This document shows positions 28,000 through 36,473 of a stretch of 64,000 nt of DNA, piece after piece. Source of the stretch: Thermodesulfobacteriota bacterium. GTDB lineage: Bacteria > Desulfobacterota > Desulfobaccia > Desulfobaccales > 0-14-0-80-60-11. The position numbers were made by a program, and so were the translations under genes. Under the pieces are notes generated by a model. That model was not told where the DNA came from. It ran no database searches and worked only from the letters and a program-made list of their open reading frames with translations. How positions within the stretch are numbered: the first letter of the stretch is position 1; every line of letters starts with the position of its first letter. Location of the stretch: assembly GCA_049322315.1 (NCBI GenBank), contig JBMORF010000060.1, positions 7,557-71,556 on the forward strand, read 5' to 3'.

Positions 28000-28863
28000 A
28001 TGTTTCTTCAGCAATTACTCAACGGTTTGACCGCCGGGGCCGTTTACGCCCTGATAGCCCTGGGTTACACCATGATCTATGGTATCCTTGGTCTGATCAA
28101 TTTCGCCCAGGGTGAGATTTATATGTTCGGGGCCTTTGTGGCGGTCCTGCTCCTGGGCACCGGCCAGGTCAATTTTTTTGTGGCCTTTGCCGCCGGCATG
28201 GCCGCCGCCGCCCTCCTGGGTGTGGTTTTGGAACGGGTGGCCTTTAGGCCCCTGCGGGGGTCCCATCCCTTAGTCCCCTTGATCAGCGCCATTGGCGCCT
28301 CCATTTTTCTCCAGAGCCTGGCCCTGCTGCTTTTCGGCCCCAATGACCGGCCCTTTCCCATCCAGTTTAATTTCCGCAGCATCACCATTGCCGGGCTGCC
28401 CCTCTCCAGCCTCCAGGGGGCCATTCTGGTTGCGGCCCTGGGATTCATGGTCCTGCTCCTGCTTTTTGTCCGTTATACCAGATACGGCAAGGCCATTGTC
28501 GCCTGTGCCCTGGATCAGGATACGGCCCGGCTGATGGGCATCAATGTCGACCGCATGGTGGCCCTCACCTTTCTCATCGGCTCCGCCCTGAGCGGCGCCG
28601 CGGGGATCATGATGGCCATTTACTACAATGCCACCTACCCCCGCATGGGGCTCCTGCCCGGCCTCAAGGCCTTCAGCGCCGCCATCCTCGGGGGAGTGGG
28701 GAACATTCCCGGAGCCATCCTGGGGGGGCTGCTCCTGGGGGTGGCCGAGAGCCTGGGCGCGGCCTATGTCTCCTCCGGTTATAAAGACGCCATCGCCTTT
28801 GCCATCCTCATCCTGGTGCTTCTCTTCCGGCCCCAGGGCATTTTGAAGGGCCGGGGAGACTGA
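28000..28863 (+). CDS. livH: Branched-chain amino acid ABC transporter permease LivH
   Basis: MFLQQLLNGLTAGAVYALIALGYTMIYG is a typical LivH N-terminus. Confidence 0.9.
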   Translation: MFLQQLLNGLTAGAVYALIALGYTMIYGILGLINFAQGEIYMFGAFVAVLLLGTGQVNFFVAFAAGMAAAALLGVVLERVAFRPLRGSHPLVPLISAIGASIFLQSLALLLFGPNDRPFPIQFNFRSITIAGLPLSSLQGAILVAALGFMVLLLLFVRYTRYGKAIVACALDQDTARLMGINVDRMVALTFLIGSALSGAAGIMMAIYYNATYPRMGLLPGLKAFSAAILGGVGNIPGAILGGLLLGVAESLGAAYVSSGYKDAIAFAILILVLLFRPQGILKGRGD

Positions 28864-28864
28864 C

Positions 28865-29734
28865 ATGGCCGCCTATTTCCTGCACCTGGCCATCTTAGGG
28901 GGCATCTATATCATCCTGGCCATCAGCCTCAATCTGATCATCGGCTACGCCGGCCAGGTCTCTTTGGGACACGCCGCTTTTTTCGGCATCGGCGCCTATG
29001 TCTCCGCGCTCACCTCCCTGTATTGGGGCTTTCCTTTTCTGCTGGCGGCCTTGAGCGCCCTCCTTTTTTCCGGCCTCTGCGGCCTCCTCCTGGGACTGCC
29101 CACCCTACGGCTCAAGGAGGACTATCTGGCCATTGTCACCCTGGGCTTCGGGGTGATCGTGGACCTGGTCTTTCTCAACCTGGAGATCACCGGCGGTCCG
29201 GACGGGTTGGCGGGCATCCCCGCGCCCCGTATCCTGGGTCTCAGTTTCCGGTCCCCGGGCATGTATCTTCTGCTGACGCTGCTGATGGTGCTCTTGACCC
29301 TGGCCCTCACCTACCGCCTGGTCCATTCCTATCACGGCCGGGCTTTGAAGGCCATCCGGGATCATGAGGTCACCGCCCAGGTCATGGGCATCAACACCCC
29401 GGCCTACAAGGTGGCCATCTTTACCCTGGCCGCGGCCTTGGCCGGGCTGGCCGGTTCCTTGTATGCCCATTACATTACCTTCATCAACCCCGAGTCCTTC
29501 GGCCTTCACACCTCCATCCTGGCCCTGTGCATGGTGGTGCTGGGAGGGATGGGGTCCATTGCCGGGGCCGTGGTGGGCGCTCTGGCCCTCACCGTGCTCC
29601 CGGAAATGCTGCGCCAATTCAAGGCTTATCAGGACCTGATTTACGGGGGGCTGCTGGTCGCCCTCCTCATCTGGCGCCCTGAGGGCCTCTTGGGCCGGGG
29701 CAAATTGAGCTTGAAGTTTATCAGCAGGGAGTAA
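28865..29734 (+). CDS. livM: Branched-chain amino acid ABC transporter permease LivM
   Basis: GYAGQVSLGHAAFFGIGAY motif. Confidence 0.9.
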   Translation: MAAYFLHLAILGGIYIILAISLNLIIGYAGQVSLGHAAFFGIGAYVSALTSLYWGFPFLLAALSALLFSGLCGLLLGLPTLRLKEDYLAIVTLGFGVIVDLVFLNLEITGGPDGLAGIPAPRILGLSFRSPGMYLLLTLLMVLLTLALTYRLVHSYHGRALKAIRDHEVTAQVMGINTPAYKVAIFTLAAALAGLAGSLYAHYITFINPESFGLHTSILALCMVVLGGMGSIAGAVVGALALTVLPEMLRQFKAYQDLIYGGLLVALLIWRPEGLLGRGKLSLKFISRE

Positions 29735-29739
29735 GTGAT

Positions 29740-29898
29740 CGTTTTTGGTTTTTGGTTTTTCGTACGGTTCTCAGAAGAGTAACCGGAGGGGCGGGCCTCG
29801 GCACCCGCCACCCAAGGAAAGTTTTCCTGTTTCTCAAGTAAGCTTGATTGTTAGCAATATGAACGAAAAACGCAAAACGTAAAACGCAGAACGAAACG
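29740..29898. repeat. CGTTTTT...ACGAAAA-armed intergenic element (copy 1)
   Basis: The left arm is cgttttt ggttttt ggttttt. The right arm is acgaaaa acgcaaa acgtaaa acgcaga acgaaac. The core carries a REP-C hairpin at 29788-29809. Starts 5 nt after the livM stop. Confidence 0.9.
29788..29809. repeat. REP-C hairpin GGGGCGGGCCTCGGCACCCGCC
   Basis: Stem GGCGGG/CCCGCC. A second copy lies at 41074-41095. Confidence 0.8.
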
Positions 29899-29917
29899 TC
29901 AAGAATCATTTTACAGC

Positions 29918-30643
29918 ATGCTAACCCTCAAAAGCGTCCAGGCCGGCTACGGCAAATTAACGGTCCTTAAGGGCATCTCCTTCCACGTGCGCCCCGGCGA
30001 GGTGGTGACCTTGATCGGCGGCAACGGCGCGGGCAAAAGCACCACTTTGCGGGCCGTCTCCGGTCTGCTGCCGCCCTGGCGGGGAGTGGTGGAATTTAAC
30101 GGCGCGGATCTGACCCGGCTGCCGCCGGAGCGTATTGTCTCCCTGGGTCTGGCCCTGGTGCCGGAAGGCCGCCGGGTCTTCGCCAGTCTCAGCGTCACCG
30201 CCAACCTGGAGTTGGGAGCCTTCCACCGCCGGGACCAGAGGCAGGCGCACCGGGACCTGGAAGAGATTCGGGAACGCTTTCCCCTTCTTCAGGAGCGGGC
30301 CTCCCAGCCCGCGGGCACCTTGAGCGGCGGCGAGCAGCAGATCCTGGCCATCTGCCGGGCGTTGATGTCCCGGCCCCGGCTGTTGATGCTGGATGAGCCC
30401 TCCATGGGCCTGGCCCCCCGCATGGTGAGCCAGGTCTACCAGATCCTCCGGGAACTGAAGAGTGAGGGCACCACCTTGCTGCTCATCGAGCAGAACGCCC
30501 GGGCCGCCCTGAAGCTGGCGGACCGGGGCTATGTGCTGGAGACCGGCCGCATCATCCTCGACGGCTCCGCGGCTGAACTCCGGGAAGACCCGGAAGTGCA
30601 GCGGGCGTATCTGGGCAAGGGCTACCGGGAAGTTTGGGAATAA
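29918..30643 (+). CDS. livF: Branched-chain amino acid ABC transporter ATP-binding protein LivF
   Basis: YGKLTVLKGISF..GEVVTLIGGNGAGKSTTL, LSGGEQQ, 241 aa. Confidence 0.9.
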   Translation: MLTLKSVQAGYGKLTVLKGISFHVRPGEVVTLIGGNGAGKSTTLRAVSGLLPPWRGVVEFNGADLTRLPPERIVSLGLALVPEGRRVFASLSVTANLELGAFHRRDQRQAHRDLEEIRERFPLLQERASQPAGTLSGGEQQILAICRALMSRPRLLMLDEPSMGLAPRMVSQVYQILRELKSEGTTLLLIEQNARAALKLADRGYVLETGRIILDGSAAELREDPEVQRAYLGKGYREVWE

Positions 30644-30648
30644 ACCGA

Positions 30649-30676
30649 CAGATTACAGCTATCAGCGGTCAGTTTA
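30649..30676 (-). repeat. Heptamer array CAGNNNW x4
   Basis: cagatta cagctat cagcggt cagttta. Starts 5 nt after the livF stop. Contains the 16-mer AGCTATCAGCGGTCAG, which also occurs inverted at 52060-52075. Confidence 0.85.
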
Positions 30677-30704
30677 AAAACACTTAGCCGCGAGAGAATT
30701 AATT

Positions 30705-31817
30705 ATGAGCGCCAAAAAAGCGATTGATTGGATTACCATCTCGGGGTTCAAGTCAATTCGTGACTTGGACCGATTTGAAATGCGTAGTTTGAATGTACTC
30801 ATCGGTGCCAATGGCGCAGGCAAGAGTAATCTTGTGTCATACTTTCGTATGCTGGGTGAGATGGTGGAAGGCCGCTTGCAAAGTTGGACCCGCAACCAGG
30901 GGTCGGCTGATCGCATCGTCAGTTTTGGGGTAAAAGAAACCAACATATTGAAATCTTTTATAGAATTTGGATTAAATGGTTACGAGTTTACTCTAACACC
31001 CACTGTAGAAGGAAGTTTTTCTTTTGTCAGCGAGAGGCTTTTTTTTTCCGGGGTTTATTTTGGTAGCGAATGGATTAACCTTGGTTCAGGTCATATAGAA
31101 TCGCAACTTAAAAATAAATATGAATCATGGAGTAAAGGTAGCGTTGCAGACTATTGCTATAGCTCCATTGCCAGTTGGAAAGTCTTTCATTTCCATGATA
31201 CCAGTGATACCGCGGGCGTAAAACGTCTGGGGTCGGTACATGACAATGAATACCTGCGCCCGGATGCTTCTAACTTAGCTGCTTTCCTATACCGCCTCTC
31301 TGATGAGAACCCCGATATTTATCAGCAGATCCTCAAGACGATCCGTTTAGCCATTCCATTTTTTGATAAGTTTGTATTGAAGCCACAAAGGTTGCCCACA
31401 GAAGAAGAACAGATTAGGCTTTTGTGGCGGCAAAAAGATAGTGATTACTCCCTCTGGCCAAGTCAATTATCAGACGGCTCAATCCGCTTTATCTGTCTGG
31501 TCACGGCCTTGCTGCAACCAGACCCCCCTTCCACTATTATTATCGATGAACCGGAACTAGGCTTGCATCCTTACGCTATCACCTTATTAGGCTCATTGTT
31601 GCGCTCAGCATCCAAACGGATGCAAGTGATCGTTTCTACCCAGTCGGTGCCTTTGGTGGATGAATTTTCAATTGAAGACTTGGTAATCGTAGAACGCGAA
31701 CAGGAAGAGACCGTCTTCAAACGCTATAATGAAGAGGATTTCAAAACATGGTTGGAAGAGTACTCAATTGGTGAACTTTGGGAGAAGAATATCCTCGGTG
31801 GGAGGCCGCGCAAATGA
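30705..31817 (+). CDS. ABC/SMC-type (AAA_21/AAA_15-like) ATPase, stand-alone
   Basis: Walker A LIGANGAGKSNL, signature-like QLSDGSIRF, Walker B IIIDEPELGLHP, H-loop region VSTQS. AT-rich (a hand count of 60 nt at 31000 gives about 33% GC, against about 75% at 30301 in livF). Confidence 0.8.
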   Translation: MSAKKAIDWITISGFKSIRDLDRFEMRSLNVLIGANGAGKSNLVSYFRMLGEMVEGRLQSWTRNQGSADRIVSFGVKETNILKSFIEFGLNGYEFTLTPTVEGSFSFVSERLFFSGVYFGSEWINLGSGHIESQLKNKYESWSKGSVADYCYSSIASWKVFHFHDTSDTAGVKRLGSVHDNEYLRPDASNLAAFLYRLSDENPDIYQQILKTIRLAIPFFDKFVLKPQRLPTEEEQIRLLWRQKDSDYSLWPSQLSDGSIRFICLVTALLQPDPPSTIIIDEPELGLHPYAITLLGSLLRSASKRMQVIVSTQSVPLVDEFSIEDLVIVEREQEETVFKRYNEEDFKTWLEEYSIGELWEKNILGGRPRK

Positions 31818-32494
31818 CCCGCGTGCACGTGATTTGCGAAGGCCAAACCGAAGAAACGTTCGTCAATGAGGTTCTATACGATTGGTTCCATCCCAGGGGA
31901 ATATATCTTTTTCCATCTCTGATTGGCAAACCTGGACATAAAGGCGGCAAACTGAAATTCCAGCGACTCCTGATCGACATACGAGGAAGACTGATGGGTG
32001 ATAAGGCCGCCTATTGCACAACATTTTTTGATTTCTATGGCCTTCCAAGCGACTTTCCGGGCAAGGAAAATGCCCGGTTAAAATCTAACATCGCCGACAA
32101 AGCGGAGTGTGTGATGCAGTCCTTGAGTGCACAATTGCAAGGCAAGTTAGGGGAAGAACCGCTTCGCAGGTTTATTCCCTATGTGCAGATGTATGAGTTC
32201 GAAGGACTTCTGTTCAGTGAACCTGAAATATTAGCTCAAAGTATTTCCCAATCACAGCTTGCCGGCACTTTCCGAAAAATTCGGGACGGATTTAACTCTC
32301 CCGAGGAAATAAATGACGATCCAGAGAAAGCTCCAAGCAAGCGTATCTTAGACTTTTTTACAGCATACGATAAACCGGTATACGGTTCACTTGCCGCTTT
32401 GGAGATTGGCTTGGCAGCTATTCGCCGTGAGTGCGCTTTATTTAATGGATGGTTAGAACGGATTGAGTCATTGCCAACCGAGGTTATCGCATAA
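31814..32494 (+). CDS. DUF4276-like small protein (possible TOPRIM-like effector)
   Basis: 226 aa starting at the ATGA overlap with the ATPase stop. N-terminus RVHVICEGQTEETFV (strand plus conserved EG/acidic motif, as I recall for DUF4276). AT-rich. Confidence 0.55.
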   Translation: MTRVHVICEGQTEETFVNEVLYDWFHPRGIYLFPSLIGKPGHKGGKLKFQRLLIDIRGRLMGDKAAYCTTFFDFYGLPSDFPGKENARLKSNIADKAECVMQSLSAQLQGKLGEEPLRRFIPYVQMYEFEGLLFSEPEILAQSISQSQLAGTFRKIRDGFNSPEEINDDPEKAPSKRILDFFTAYDKPVYGSLAALEIGLAAIRRECALFNGWLERIESLPTEVIA

Positions 32495-32531
32495 GGGGAT
32501 TCGAAAGCCTCTAAAAACAGTAATCCAACAC

Positions 32532-33293
32532 ATGGAATTATTGACAGTCAATCAACTCACGAAATACTTCGGGGGCGTCAAAGCCGTCGACGGGGTTTCT
32601 TTCGCCGTGGACCAGGAGGAGATCGTCGGTCTCATCGGTCCCAACGGCGCGGGCAAGACCACCTGTTTTAACCTCATCAGCGGCTTGCTGCCTCCCACCG
32701 GCGGCTCGGTCAGCCTCCTGGGGCGCAACCTGGGTAGCCTGGCTCCTTATTACCGCTCCCGCCGGGGCCTGGCCCGCACCTTCCAGAATATCCAGCTCTT
32801 CGGGGGCATGAACGTTTTGGAAAACGTCCTCACCGGTTGCCACCAGCGCCAGGAAGTGGGCGCACTCCGGGCCCTGTGGCCCGGGCGGGGAGTGCGCCGG
32901 GCTGAAGCCCACGCCCGGGAACGGGCCCGGGAGCTCTTGGAGTTGGTGGGCCTGGCGGAAAAGGCGGATTTCCCTGCGGACGCCCTGGCCTACGGGGAAC
33001 AGCGCCGCCTGGAAATCGCCCGGGCCTTGGCCCAGGAACCCAAAGTGCTCCTCTTGGACGAGCCGGCCGCGGGCCTCAACTCCCGGGAGACCGAGGACCT
33101 GATGACCCTGCTCCAGGAACTTAGGGAGCGGGGCATTACCCTGTTGATCATTGAGCATGACATGACCCTTATCATGGGACTCTGCCATCGGGTGGTGGTG
33201 TTGGACCACGGCCAGGTCATCGCCGCGGGCCCGCCCTCCGAAATCCGGCGGGACCCCCGGGTGATCGAGGCCTACCTGGGCCGGGAGGATTAA
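32532..33293 (+). CDS. livG: Branched-chain amino acid ABC transporter ATP-binding protein LivG
   Basis: LTKYFGGVKAVDGVSF..IVGLIGPNGAGKTTCFN, YGEQRRLEIARAL. Start at MELLTV. Confidence 0.9.
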   Translation: MELLTVNQLTKYFGGVKAVDGVSFAVDQEEIVGLIGPNGAGKTTCFNLISGLLPPTGGSVSLLGRNLGSLAPYYRSRRGLARTFQNIQLFGGMNVLENVLTGCHQRQEVGALRALWPGRGVRRAEAHARERARELLELVGLAEKADFPADALAYGEQRRLEIARALAQEPKVLLLDEPAAGLNSRETEDLMTLLQELRERGITLLIIEHDMTLIMGLCHRVVVLDHGQVIAAGPPSEIRRDPRVIEAYLGRED

Positions 33294-33298
33294 CAGAT

Positions 33299-33578
33299 CG
33301 TTTTACGTTTTTCGTTTTGCGTTTTCCGCATGCTTATTCGATATCAAAATGGCTGGAGGGGTTTCCGTTCCTTTCCAGCTTGTAAGAAATAAAATTCTTT
33401 ATCAAAGGTTTGTTACCCGTAGGGGCGAACCTTGTGTTCGCCCGGCATCCGGGACGAAAACAAATTTCCGTAAGTAAAATCAGTGATTGATGAAGAATTG
33501 GCACTGGCAGACTGGATCTTGCGACCAGGCAGGTAAAGAAAATACGAAAAACGCAAATCGGAAAACGAAAAACGGAGA
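33299..33578. repeat. CGTTTTT...ACGAAAA-armed intergenic element (copy 2)
   Basis: The left arm is cgtttta cgttttt cgttttg cgttttc. The right arm is acgaaaa acgcaaa tcggaaa acgaaaa acggaga. The core contains REP-A at 33422-33443. Starts 5 nt after the livG stop. Confidence 0.9.
33422..33453 (+). repeat. REP-A copy GGGGCGAACCTTGTGTTCGCCC(GGCATCCGGG)
   Basis: 7-bp stem GGGCGAA/TTCGCCC. Same 22-mer as at 57763. Confidence 0.9.
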
Positions 33579-33583
33579 AGAAA

Positions 33584-34882
33584 ATGGCGATCTTTGATAG
33601 CGACGCGGAACTGTTGGAGCGCCGGTTTATGGCCCAGCTGCAATTGGAGCGCCTCCAGGCCACCCTGCACCGGGTCTATAAGAACGTCAAATTCTATAAG
33701 AGAAAGTTTGATGAGGTGGGCTTTCTGCCGGAGGACTGCCAGTCCCTGGAGGAACTGGCCCGGCTCCCCTTCACCACCCGCCAGGACCTGGCCCACGGCT
33801 ATCCCTATGAAATGTTCGCGGTCCCTCTAAGGGAGGTGGTGCGCATCCATTCCTCCACCGGCAGCCCCGGCGCCCCCATCGTCATGGGCTATACCGCCCG
33901 GGACTTGCGCCATTGGGCGAAACTCGCGGCCCGGGTCCTCACCGCCGCGGGGGTGGACCGGGACGACGTGGTGCAGGTCACCCTGAGCTATGGTCTTCTC
34001 ACCAGCGCCTTCGGGATTCACTACGGCGTGGAACTCCTGGGCGCTTCGGTGATCCCCACCGGCCCCGGGTCCACTGCCCGGCAGGTGGGCATCATGCGGG
34101 ACTACCGCACCACAGTGCTGGTGAGCACCCCGTCTTACGCCCAGGTGTTGGCGGATCAGATGGAAACCATGGGCGTGGACCCCAAGAACCTGCACCTGAA
34201 GCTGGCCCTGCTGGCCGGGGAGCCCTGGACCGAGGCCCAGCGCCGGGAGATCGAATCCCGCCTTTATCTCACCGCCCTGGACCACTACGCCCTCTCCGAA
34301 GCCATGGGCCCGGGGGTGGCCGGAGAATGCGAGCATCGCCGGGGCATGCATATCAACGAAGACCATTTTCTCCCGGAAATCATCGACCCCATAACCGGCG
34401 CGCCCCTGCCCGGGGGGGAGCTGGGGGAACTGGTGGTCACCACCATCACCAAGGAGGCCGCGCCCCTGGTGCGCTTCCGCACCGGGGACCTCTGCCGCCT
34501 GTTGTACGAGCCCTGCCCCTGCGGCCGCACCCTGCCCCGCCTCAGCCGCATCCAGGGCCGGGCCGACGCGGTGGTCATCGTCAAAGGGGTCAATATTTAT
34601 CCCACCCGGGTGGGACAAATCCTGGCGAACCTCCAGGGGGAAGAGCCGGCCTATCAGCTGGTCATCGGCCGGGAGGGCCACCTGGACTACCTGGAAGTGA
34701 AGATCGAAGTCCGGGAGGGCCTCTTCTTCGACCAGATGAAAAAGCAGCGGGAATTTTTGCAAAGCCTCACCCGCAAACTGGCCCAGGGCATCGGCGTCCA
34801 ACCCCGGGTCAAACTGGTGGAACCCCACTCCATCTCCCGGGAAGAGGAGACCTCGCCTTTGGTCATTGATTTTCGGAAATGA
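33584..34882 (+). CDS. paaK: Phenylacetate-CoA ligase family (PaaK / F390 synthetase-like) adenylating enzyme
   Basis: 432 aa with an N-terminal LERLQATLHRVYKNVKFYKRKFDE and an AMP-binding core. Confidence 0.8.
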   Translation: MAIFDSDAELLERRFMAQLQLERLQATLHRVYKNVKFYKRKFDEVGFLPEDCQSLEELARLPFTTRQDLAHGYPYEMFAVPLREVVRIHSSTGSPGAPIVMGYTARDLRHWAKLAARVLTAAGVDRDDVVQVTLSYGLLTSAFGIHYGVELLGASVIPTGPGSTARQVGIMRDYRTTVLVSTPSYAQVLADQMETMGVDPKNLHLKLALLAGEPWTEAQRREIESRLYLTALDHYALSEAMGPGVAGECEHRRGMHINEDHFLPEIIDPITGAPLPGGELGELVVTTITKEAAPLVRFRTGDLCRLLYEPCPCGRTLPRLSRIQGRADAVVIVKGVNIYPTRVGQILANLQGEEPAYQLVIGREGHLDYLEVKIEVREGLFFDQMKKQREFLQSLTRKLAQGIGVQPRVKLVEPHSISREEETSPLVIDFRK

Positions 34883-34907
34883 GTTTTTCACGGTAAGTTC
34901 TAAGTAT

Positions 34908-34936
34908 GGTAGCCACAGGCTTTAGCCTGCGCTGCC
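34908..34936. repeat. Degenerate REP-B-like hairpin
   Basis: GGTAGCCACAGGCTTTAGCCTGCGCTGCC compared with REP-B GGTGGCACAGGCGTCTCGCCTGTGC. Confidence 0.5.
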
Positions 34937-34991
34937 CCCCTCGTTCCCAAGCTAATCGGGATGTTGCCCAAATCGGTTCAAGTGAATGTAA

Positions 34992-35279
34992 TTGGGCAAA
35001 ATCACGGACGAGATCATCGATACCTACGCCTATTACAGCAGCCTCCCGGGCGCAGCCGCGGCGGTGCGCCAGACCGCCAAGCAAATCGAACCCCAAAATA
35101 TGGAAGCTTTGATTTGCCGCTATAAAAAAATCTCCATGCCCACCCTGGTTATCTGGGGAGAGGAGGATGAAGTCATCCCCCTGGCCGTGGGCCGCAATTT
35201 TAAGCGGGATATCAAGGGCGCGCAACTGGTCGTTTTCCCCCGCTGCGGCCATCTCCCCCAGGAAGAGGAACCCCGGTAA
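34992..35279 (+). pseudogene. Alpha/beta-hydrolase C-terminal remnant
   Basis: Only the last 90 aa or so are present (MPTLVIWGEEDEVIP...PRCGHLPQEEEP, catalytic His region). There is no nucleophile-elbow part upstream in any frame. Confidence 0.65.
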
Positions 35280-35604
35280 ACCCTGGACTGCATCCAGGCT
35301 TTCTTAAAAAAATTAAGTAAATATCCTGGTTCCCAAAGGTTTTTTTCGCCTCCCTAACCCTAGCCTGAAGTGCCCCCAAAAGTGAGACACTTTTTGCAGT
35401 TTTGATACCGATTCGCAATCAAAAGGCATTTCTCCTCCTTTGACCTCCTCTGGGGATAATAGTCCGTCGGGTAAAGGGCTTTGGAGCCAGGAGGCCCGGG
35501 ACGCCACCCAGACCCTCTTGTCTCACCCGGCCTCTGGCCTTGAAGTTAAAGGGATAAAAAGTTATATTGAAAATAACTCGAATTTCTATTAACTTAGAAA
35601 ACAC

Positions 35605-36459
35605 ATGTCGGAATGCCCCTATTGCCAGGAGCCTACTGAGGAAAACGCCCTCTTCTGCCGGTCTTGCGGGGCCAGCCTGAGACTGCCGGAGTACGACCGG
35701 GCTTTCTGCCCCCATTGCGGCGCCCGGGTCAGTTCCCGCCAGGAGTTCTGCCACGAATGCCATTGGTCCCTGGTAAAACCCTCGGGCCCGGAACCGAAAC
35801 CTGAGGCCCCGTCCCCCGTCCCCGTCCCCCCTAAACCTTCCCTGTGGAAAAGCCCCTGGTTCTTGGGTCTCCTGGTGGTGGCGGGTTTGTTTGCCGCCTT
35901 GATCCCTTGGCTCTTTATCTCGAATACGCCTCCTCCCCCTAAACCTGCTGCCCCGGCCCCTAAAGTAATCGTGGAACAACCGGTCCCCATTGCCCCTGCG
36001 CCTACGCCGGCGCCTACGACGACGCCGGCGCCCTCCCCACCCGGTCCCTCAAGCGGGACAGCGGCGGCGCCGCCCCCCGCCGAGACCCCTTTGGGCGCCG
36101 CGGTCTTAAAGGATCAGTTGTCGGAGCCTCTCAACCAGTTGCGGGAGGCCCAACTTAAAAAGGATATCTTCCTTTACAGCCAGGCCTTTGCCCCCAATTT
36201 CCCTGATTTTGACAAGAGGCGCCAGAAAACCCTGGCCGTTTGGGAAGCCTATGATTACGCCAGTCTGGTCTTCCAATTGGCGGATGTTAAGCTTATGCAG
36301 GAGGATCAGGCATTTGCCCTGGTAACCTGGAACCTCAAGATCCAGCAAAAAGCCACCCAGACCGGCAAAACTGAAACCCAGTCTTATAAAGTGTGGTTTT
36401 CCAAGGACGCGGGCAAATGGCGGATCAGCAACCTGGAGTTGGTGCAAAAAACCGGTTAA
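35605..36459 (+). CDS. Double zinc-ribbon membrane protein with Pro-rich linker
   Basis: CPYC..CRSC and CPHC..CHEC motifs, one TM helix, a PAPTPAPTTTPAP linker, and a C-terminal globular domain. Confidence 0.6.
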   Translation: MSECPYCQEPTEENALFCRSCGASLRLPEYDRAFCPHCGARVSSRQEFCHECHWSLVKPSGPEPKPEAPSPVPVPPKPSLWKSPWFLGLLVVAGLFAALIPWLFISNTPPPPKPAAPAPKVIVEQPVPIAPAPTPAPTTTPAPSPPGPSSGTAAAPPPAETPLGAAVLKDQLSEPLNQLREAQLKKDIFLYSQAFAPNFPDFDKRRQKTLAVWEAYDYASLVFQLADVKLMQEDQAFALVTWNLKIQQKATQTGKTETQSYKVWFSKDAGKWRISNLELVQKTG

Positions 36460-36473
36460 GGGGAGAGCACAAT

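Noticed and set aside
26959-28014. 351-aa minus-strand ORF in the track
   Set aside because: It runs antisense to OMP paralog 2, whose sense product has a clear signal peptide and C-terminal Phe. Its composition is Gly/Arg/Pro-rich, typical of spurious open frames in GC-rich DNA.
33827-34891. 354-aa minus-strand ORF and 318-aa alternative plus-frame ORF over paaK
   Set aside because: They overlap a well-supported PaaK-family CDS. Their low-complexity Gly/Pro/Arg-rich translations have no recognisable motifs.
35313-35507. 64-aa minus-strand ORF in the decayed region
   Set aside because: No family was recognised, and only the last 38 codons follow a plausible RBS. It is kept as a note under the region finding rather than listed as a gene.
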